Part shown: piece after piece, positions 57,654 to 64,000 of the stretch
Numbering within the stretch: position 1 is the stretch's first letter
Layout of the letters: the number at the start of each line of letters is the position of its first letter
NCBI GenBank assembly: GCA_048885865.1
Contig: JBHLLF010000008.1
Coordinates: 1-64,000, forward strand
Source of the DNA: Candidatus Hermodarchaeota archaeon
GTDB lineage: Archaea; Asgardarchaeota; Thorarchaeia; Thorarchaeales; Thorarchaeaceae
Length of the DNA stretch: 64,000 bases
Direction of reading: 5' to 3'
Notes under the pieces: generated by a model
Told to the model about the DNA's origin: nothing
Database searches by the model: none
The model's input: only the letters and a program-made list of their open reading frames with translations
Translations under genes and position numbers: made by a program

Positions 57654-58955
57654 ATGAAGGTCCCTGGAACTACCATGGACATAAGTCTCAAGACCAACAA
57701 AATATTCGCTGTTGATCAAGGAGTCATGAAGCGAATCAAATACGCTGGACGGACCTTCATGGAAGTACTCGAAGAGCTTCAAAGATTCGCATATCTAAGG
57801 GGATACAACGCTCCAACTACTATATTGAAATTCATTCTCAAGCGAATCGGCCTTCCTGATGTTGAGGTGTTCCCGTCTGAAGATGAACTGACGAAAGATG
57901 ATATCACTGAACTCTCGAAAGCACTCAATATTGTTGACAGCCTCAAGGATGAATTCCTATCTGCGACGCCAGAGCCCATAGTGCCTGAGGATCTAAAGAA
58001 TTACACTGTCATAAAACCGAAGCAATCAGACGACTTCACCCTAGAGGGCATAGCTCCTGATGACACTATGCCTATAGATGTGACTCCTGATGCTCCCATT
58101 GAAGCAGAGGCTGCTGCAGAAACTCCCGCGTTTGATAGATCCTCTATCTGGGATGATGTGCCTCAGAGTGAGGAAGCTGTGAAGCTAATCTACAATTTCC
58201 ACTGGGAGAACCTTCCAGTAAATACCCCCACACCCAGAACCAAATCCTCTGAAGAACAAGAAACCAAGAAACCGAAGTTCATCTGGGATGATGAGGGTGA
58301 GTTGGAATCTTTCGAGGATGTCAGACCAACTGAGGAGCCAGCTCCCGAACTCCTCGGAGACTCCCATGAACTAAAATCTCTGTTCCTTGGAGAAGCACAA
58401 GTAGGTGTGAAAAGCATACTCTTTGAATGCAACCTCAAAGAAGCAGAAGATCTATCCTATGTCTATCGGGATGTTGTTCAACACGATGAAAACCTTGTCG
58501 GGGTAAATGTCTGGACCTTTGAAGGCTCGCAGGCAGCAAGAATCCCGCGCCAGGAGTTCTTTACTGGTACGGGAATTGCAGTCCTTGTGTATTCAGTAGC
58601 TGACAGATGGAGCTTCGATAGTCTTGATTTCTGGATTAAAGAACTAACCAGTGTCTTCTTGGTTCCACCTCCAATGATTATCGTAGGCAACAAGACAGAC
58701 CTTAGAGACCATCCCGTATACGGTGAGGACGATGAGTTTGAACCTCCAGTTACTACAGCAGAAGGCGAAGAGTTCTGCAAGAAAATGGCAAATGAACTAG
58801 GTGAAAACGGCGAAGCTCATCCAATAGTGTTCATGGAAACTTCCAGCATTACAGGTGCAGGTATCTCCGACCTACTAAGCACGATGATTGATCTTTGGCT
58901 GACAAGTGAGAGGCCAAGCATGCCAGCTGTGGAATCGCATGTCATTAAGCGTTGA
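57654..58955 (+). CDS. Rab-like pseudo-GTPase with an N-terminal unknown domain and an acidic linker
   Basis: VLVYSVADRWSFDSLDFWIKEL, IIVGNKTDL (G4) and FMETSS.TG (G5) are Rab/Ras-like, while G1 reads GEAQVGVKS and G3 reads WTFEG. The start is probably ATG 57654. Confidence 0.8.
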   Translation: MKVPGTTMDISLKTNKIFAVDQGVMKRIKYAGRTFMEVLEELQRFAYLRGYNAPTTILKFILKRIGLPDVEVFPSEDELTKDDITELSKALNIVDSLKDEFLSATPEPIVPEDLKNYTVIKPKQSDDFTLEGIAPDDTMPIDVTPDAPIEAEAAAETPAFDRSSIWDDVPQSEEAVKLIYNFHWENLPVNTPTPRTKSSEEQETKKPKFIWDDEGELESFEDVRPTEEPAPELLGDSHELKSLFLGEAQVGVKSILFECNLKEAEDLSYVYRDVVQHDENLVGVNVWTFEGSQAARIPRQEFFTGTGIAVLVYSVADRWSFDSLDFWIKELTSVFLVPPPMIIVGNKTDLRDHPVYGEDDEFEPPVTTAEGEEFCKKMANELGENGEAHPIVFMETSSITGAGISDLLSTMIDLWLTSERPSMPAVESHVIKR

Positions 58956-59004
58956 TTCTGTACACTTTGAATCATGCTAGTTCTCCACGGACTTATTTGA
59001 AAGG

Positions 59005-62000
59005 CTATTTCTTTTCAGAATCAATGCTCTTCAGAAGCTCGTCAACTAGAGCTGCGGGTAGGTTACGTGCTTGTTTCAAGATGGATTTTATCTCTTCCTC
59101 TGGGAGTCCTCTCTTTTTCAATTCCTTTCTAAGGTCCTCAATATCCATTTCACTAAGCCTATCCTCGAATTCTACTACATCTTCGTCTACGGGGGCAAGT
59201 CCCTCCACTTCTTGAAGGAATTCCGAAACCAGGTCTCTTGGAACCTTCTTGGCCTGTTCTATGATATTCTCTATCTCTTCCTCTGGTGTTCCCTTGATGA
59301 ACAACCTACCTCGAAGCGCAACCAGCTCATCCTCGGTCATAGTTTCAGGAGGTTCTGGTTTCTTCTTAACTTCATGATCCTCTCTGAATCCTTCCAGCAG
59401 CTCCATTGCCAATGCTCTAGGCACACCCCTAGCTTGATCAAGAATCTTCTCTATCTCTTGGAGTTCCGCTCCTTCTTCTCTAAGTTGCACCCTCAGCATT
59501 TCGATTTCTGAATCAGTAAGATATGCTACATCCTCTTTTGTTTCATGCATGTCAACAGCTTGCCCTACACCCTTAAGCAGCATTTCCCCTACATCCTTGG
59601 GTAGCTGTCTTGCTTGTTCAATCAATGAATCAACTTCATGAATTGGAAGTCCTCTAGCTATGAGTTGGGAGCGCATCTCAGCTAGCTCTGACTCTGTGAG
59701 CCGGGCCTCAGGTGCTTTCTCAACCTCTGCCCATTCGGTTGGTTCACTTATTCCATATATTTGTGCAAGGGGCCTGCTATCTGTAACTTCTCCACCAATC
59801 AAGCTAATTCTCTCTTGACGTACCTCCTCAAGAACCTCTTCCACAGTCGTATTCCTTTCCTGGGCAATTCGAACGGCTTCCTGTGCAATAACTTCGCGGG
59901 CAAAGGAAACTTGCTCGCTTCCCTTCATTTTTGATACAGCTTGTCTAAACTCCTCAAGCTCCTCTGGTGTCATGTCCGTGAGTATCGAAAGGTCAATGAT
60001 CATTTCTTCAATCACTGGAATATCAATTACAATAGGTTCAGCTGCAAGACCTTCAATTCCCCTTGAGAGACCTATAGGGTCACCCATTTCGTTGAATAAT
60101 TCAGAAACAAGCTCATGTCTGCTTTTTATCGTCTTGTCTGTTTTGGGTATCTTCCCTCGTGTCAGTTGTCTTAGCATGGCGGAGATTCTTCTGACCATTT
60201 TCGGAACCTTAAGAACTCTTCTCCAGAACACACCAATCAACGCGAGGGCGATAATGAACGCAGGCCCATAGGCCAGCATGTTCTGAACCAATATATCGGT
60301 TTCAGAAGGACTTACAGATATGGTGAATCGTATTCGTTGTTCTTGGAAGTTGGTCCTATTGACGACAACATCGAGCTCGGCCGTCCCTGGTCTACTCAAT
60401 GCAACAAGAGTGATAATATAGTAGCCATCAGCACCAGCTGGTGTTACACTTGTAATATCTAGATATGAATCAATGTCGCCCGTGACTACAAGATTGGCAT
60501 CAATTATGCCCTCTGAATCATGACCTGGCCAAGTATCATAGTAGAACACTTCGATAGATATCTCTTGGTTGTAAAGAACTGATAGAACTGAGCTGCCAAT
60601 TACTTCCAGTCCTGTAGGAATCTCGATGATCTTGATTTCAAAGACTAAGCTGGCTGAAGTTCGATTCTCAAGAGATAAAGCAATAGTGAATACAAACTGG
60701 TCAAGCAATTCCCAATCATTTGAATCAAAGTTGAATGAGTAAGTCCCCAATGGTGTACCTTGAATTTCAAGTTCCCTTTCAAAGAAGCCCGGCCCAGAAT
60801 AATGGGCCGTAACAATGGTTGCACCAGCAATGCCTCTGTTCAGGTATGTATTATTATAGAGAATAGACACCAGCAATGCCTCTCCGTAGGGAACATGCAA
60901 CAGAGTTCCGCTCTCATCCCCAAAATAATAGGATGATGCTACTATCACTGCTTCAGTTGGCGCAGGTTCGACACGAAAAGTGATGCTACTCTCAGAATCA
61001 TCATAGTTTAGCTTACTAAATCCAATTGATATGCGATAAGTTCCAGGTCTCACCAAGCTCGTGTTTACGGGAATACTATAGACTCCGTTGCCTTGATGTT
61101 GAAGAACACCAGAACCGAGAGCCCAAGAGAATGATGAGTCTGCATCAATAATGCCAACTCCGTTATACAGGTCTTGATATGTCACATTTATGATACCACT
61201 CCATCCCCAATTGATACTCATATACCCTGGGGCAAGAGTAGTGGTTGGCAAATTCCCTATGACTAACACAAGTGAATACACGGCCTCAGTGAAGTTACGT
61301 CCAATAGCATTGGCTGTTATCCTGAAATTATGGATTGTAGCTGTTGTAAGAGATGTATCGAAGTCGAAGTAGAAATATCCCGGCCCTCCAATTGATGAGC
61401 CATTTACGAGGGTACCATTTGCTGCTAATTCAGGGGAGTACCATGTTACGCTACATGTTGGAATAGTTATGTTCGCCTCTGGAACTACAACATACACTCC
61501 TATCCTAACTACTTGCGACCAGTTAATTGACGTGTATTGATATGTGCTTGTAAGGGCATCTGGTTCAAGTTCAATTAGTATCTGCGTGACAGTCATGGTG
61601 AGAGCAAGAGAAGCTGAGGTGTAGTTTTGCTTTGAGGCACTGATAATGATTTGATAAGACATCGTTTCAGCAAGCTTGGTGGATATAGTAAACCAGTAGT
61701 ATCCCGGCATACCCGGTACATCAACTAGACTAATGTTACTACCAAATTCCCAATTTGCATGAAGGGTAGCTCCATCAACAAGTATCCCGCTTAGCGTGTC
61801 TTCCAAAAAGACTGTGATGTTCTTGTCGCTTTGTTGATTCACATTGAAAGAATACATACCACCCTCGGGTGCCAAGTCCATGGGCCGTGGAAGCAACCTG
61901 AATGCAATCTGTTCTGTTGCCAGAAGATAGTTTGGAGCTCTTGCGCTGACAGTAAGTACCATAGTGCCTGTAGTCGAACCATGAATTGTGTCAATAAAGG

Positions 62001-64000
62001 AAGTGTAGTTGCCTGGAATCAGTGTACCGGAAAAGCTACCATTTCCTCCAACCCACGAGTAGGTCACCTGCGCGCCTGCAATCAGGACTCCACGAAGAGT
62101 GTCATTATATGCCGCATATACCTCTAGCATTTCTCCCCAGTAAATCTCAGTTGGATTGTAGGATCTCGGCCCAGTCCAAGAAATCGCCAAGTCAGAGGGT
62201 ACACTTAGAAGAATTACTGACATTCTTAGTGTCTGGATATCGTAGTAGTCAAGTGTAGCTGTGATATTCAGACTCTGAGTGCCATAGTTCAAATTAGTAG
62301 TATCCAGAGTGATGTTGTAGACTCCATTTCCCAAACCAATCCACCCAACTGCATCACCCCATTCGATATCCAAGTCTGCACCATCAAGAGATCTATCTCC
62401 TGCATCAAAATCAGAGATGGTGACGAGAGCGTAAGTGGAGTATCCTGCATAGTTTGTAGGACCAATGGTTCCAGTCACGATGGCATTTCGGAGTCGAACT
62501 TGTACCGGTGTTTCAAACTGGAGACTCTGGTATGGCATGTAATCAATTCTGATGATGAACGTCTGGAGTCCAGGAGCTATCAAATCAGACATATTCGCGG
62601 TTATATTATACAAACCTCCGCCAAGTGGAACTACATTCCAACTCTGCGGCTCCAGACCAGTAGATTTGTACTCCAAGGTGATGAAAGCTTCAGCACCGCC
62701 AATTGGCTGGGCATGATCTATATCCGTAAAATTCAGCACAAAAGAAACGATCTCAAGATATGGCACAACTGATGGTGAGGGAAGATCATAAGATACTGAT
62801 GCATATACCAACCTTACCACTCCTGTCATTCTGATGCCGGTCAAGTTTGCATAATAGGGGCTGACACCAGGGTTCCAAGATACACTTAACAAGAAAGTGA
62901 ATTGTCCAGTTTGTCCTAGTGCGTTACTGTCCACATGGACAGTGTAGATTCCCCTTTCTGGTCCAACTCCCTCAAGAATCCAGTAATCAATTCCTTCTAA
63001 AAGCGCAGGTCGTTCAATGCATGAGAAGCCAATTATTGCTCCTGAGATAGCAGCTCCAGTATCTCTGTCATTATATGCGAAATTCAGAGTGACATTATCT
63101 CCCATGGGTGTTGCAATGATTTGAGATGGGCTGACCACTCCTTGTCGACTTGAAGTTGTCACGAGGACCGCAGTTCTATCATCAAGGTAGTACGGGGATG
63201 TTCCATTCCAATTCACCAAAACTGTAACATTCCATTTGTAGACAAGATTTGAACTCAGAACTGTGGAATTAATGCTAGCCTCAAAAGCTGTTCCTAATCT
63301 TGCTATCATGTAATCTGAGCTAATTAGCAATACGCCTCCGCTATAGATCGCAACCTCGTCTGTGGAGATTGCAATCGCTTGACCGGTTTCAATATCAACA
63401 TAAGCAAATTGGAACGTAACGTTATCGAGGTATTGAGTTTGGGAAGGTGGAAGGAGGATTTCTACATTGGTGGGTCGTCCAGTCACTGAAAGCCCAACAT
63501 TGAGAACTGCGGCGCCATAGAATGGAGATCCAGCTGTCCAGTTTGCTGTCACTTCTATAGACTTCGCTCCGGGAATTCCTAGTGATGTTGTTTTAATCGA
63601 GATGAGGTATTGCCCATTCATCAAGTCATCCACAGTGAAATCTACTAGCTCTGCAAGCTGAATTATGCCATGGTGAATTATGATTTCTCCTCCAGAAATG
63701 CCTGAAAGGCTTACGGAATCTCGATAGACTACGGTGAAATTCACCCGATCAAGATAGGGCGCTGGGGATGGAGCTGATTCTAGTGTAGTTTGTGTGTCTC
63801 TGAATGTCAGCTTGAATGAAATATCGATGCTTGCCCAAGTATAGAATGGCACTTGTTCTTCATAGCTGAAGTTTAATGAAAGCAAATACGGTCTGTGAAT
63901 ATCTAGACCCTGATTGTATGTTTCTACGACGAGCAGATAGTCTTGGAATGAATCGCGCCATGTGCAGGTGAATATCCAGTCGGTTCCGTTTAGTATGCTG
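59005..64000 (-). CDS. Third giant single-pass surface protein paralog (5' part outside the window): Ig-like stalk, TM helix and four-repeat cytoplasmic tail
   Basis: The frame stays open to the window end (SILNGTDWIFTCTWRDSFQDYLLVVETYNQ) and is collinear with the other two giants. TM at ~60215-60280, and the tail motifs AVDMHET and LVALRGRLFIKGTPE are shared with 25090..37053. Confidence 0.87.
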   Translation of the reverse strand, partial: SILNGTDWIFTCTWRDSFQDYLLVVETYNQGLDIHRPYLLSLNFSYEEQVPFYTWASIDISFKLTFRDTQTTLESAPSPAPYLDRVNFTVVYRDSVSLSGISGGEIIIHHGIIQLAELVDFTVDDLMNGQYLISIKTTSLGIPGAKSIEVTANWTAGSPFYGAAVLNVGLSVTGRPTNVEILLPPSQTQYLDNVTFQFAYVDIETGQAIAISTDEVAIYSGGVLLISSDYMIARLGTAFEASINSTVLSSNLVYKWNVTVLVNWNGTSPYYLDDRTAVLVTTSSRQGVVSPSQIIATPMGDNVTLNFAYNDRDTGAAISGAIIGFSCIERPALLEGIDYWILEGVGPERGIYTVHVDSNALGQTGQFTFLLSVSWNPGVSPYYANLTGIRMTGVVRLVYASVSYDLPSPSVVPYLEIVSFVLNFTDIDHAQPIGGAEAFITLEYKSTGLEPQSWNVVPLGGGLYNITANMSDLIAPGLQTFIIRIDYMPYQSLQFETPVQVRLRNAIVTGTIGPTNYAGYSTYALVTISDFDAGDRSLDGADLDIEWGDAVGWIGLGNGVYNITLDTTNLNYGTQSLNITATLDYYDIQTLRMSVILLSVPSDLAISWTGPRSYNPTEIYWGEMLEVYAAYNDTLRGVLIAGAQVTYSWVGGNGSFSGTLIPGNYTSFIDTIHGSTTGTMVLTVSARAPNYLLATEQIAFRLLPRPMDLAPEGGMYSFNVNQQSDKNITVFLEDTLSGILVDGATLHANWEFGSNISLVDVPGMPGYYWFTISTKLAETMSYQIIISASKQNYTSASLALTMTVTQILIELEPDALTSTYQYTSINWSQVVRIGVYVVVPEANITIPTCSVTWYSPELAANGTLVNGSSIGGPGYFYFDFDTSLTTATIHNFRITANAIGRNFTEAVYSLVLVIGNLPTTTLAPGYMSINWGWSGIINVTYQDLYNGVGIIDADSSFSWALGSGVLQHQGNGVYSIPVNTSLVRPGTYRISIGFSKLNYDDSESSITFRVEPAPTEAVIVASSYYFGDESGTLLHVPYGEALLVSILYNNTYLNRGIAGATIVTAHYSGPGFFERELEIQGTPLGTYSFNFDSNDWELLDQFVFTIALSLENRTSASLVFEIKIIEIPTGLEVIGSSVLSVLYNQEISIEVFYYDTWPGHDSEGIIDANLVVTGDIDSYLDITSVTPAGADGYYIITLVALSRPGTAELDVVVNRTNFQEQRIRFTISVSPSETDILVQNMLAYGPAFIIALALIGVFWRRVLKVPKMVRRISAMLRQLTRGKIPKTDKTIKSRHELVSELFNEMGDPIGLSRGIEGLAAEPIVIDIPVIEEMIIDLSILTDMTPEELEEFRQAVSKMKGSEQVSFAREVIAQEAVRIAQERNTTVEEVLEEVRQERISLIGGEVTDSRPLAQIYGISEPTEWAEVEKAPEARLTESELAEMRSQLIARGLPIHEVDSLIEQARQLPKDVGEMLLKGVGQAVDMHETKEDVAYLTDSEIEMLRVQLREEGAELQEIEKILDQARGVPRALAMELLEGFREDHEVKKKPEPPETMTEDELVALRGRLFIKGTPEEEIENIIEQAKKVPRDLVSEFLQEVEGLAPVDEDVVEFEDRLSEMDIEDLRKELKKRGLPEEEIKSILKQARNLPAALVDELLKSIDSEKK

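Noticed and set aside
56823-58955. Split Roco (LRR-Roc-COR) protein
   Set aside because: The genes are on opposite strands, no COR domain is visible, and the G-domain looks Rab-like and degenerate.

Overview
Gene-dense archaeal DNA, most likely from an Asgard archaeon (Thorarchaeia-like). This is inferred from longin-domain/Arf-like GTPase fusions, a Rab-like pseudo-GTPase, 'LDLxPL'-type LRRs, GGTG/GGAGG ribosome-binding sites and giant Ig-repeat surface proteins. The first 25 kb is mixed housekeeping and accessory DNA: a luciferase-like oxidoreductase fragment, a polar amino-acid ABC transporter, TPR, GNAT and VOC proteins, an orphan Eco31I/Alw26I-type m6A plus circularly permuted m5C methyltransferase pair, two paralogous longin-GTPase-longin-2xwHTH proteins (one intact, one apparently a pseudo-GTPase), a beta-CASP RNase, an NAD kinase-wHTH fusion divergent from nadA with two palindromic sites around the TATA-like box, ppa, a CaCA antiporter and kbl. 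The last 39 kb is a cluster of three paralogous giant single-pass surface proteins (3987 aa, ~6540 aa, and one running off the window). The two complete ones carry DUF2341+LamG lectin-like cassettes, and all three have a long Ig-like stalk and a conserved cytoplasmic tail of helical repeats. An LRR gene and a Rab-like pseudo-GTPase gene lie within the cluster. The best candidates for undescribed systems are (1) the giant receptor-like cluster, (2) the NPRL2/GATOR1-like GTPase/pseudo-GTPase pair and (3) an NAD-kinase-fold transcription regulator of nadA with a visible operator. No rRNA, tRNA, CRISPR array, transposase or integrase was recognised. All family calls come from reading motifs by eye, not from database searches.
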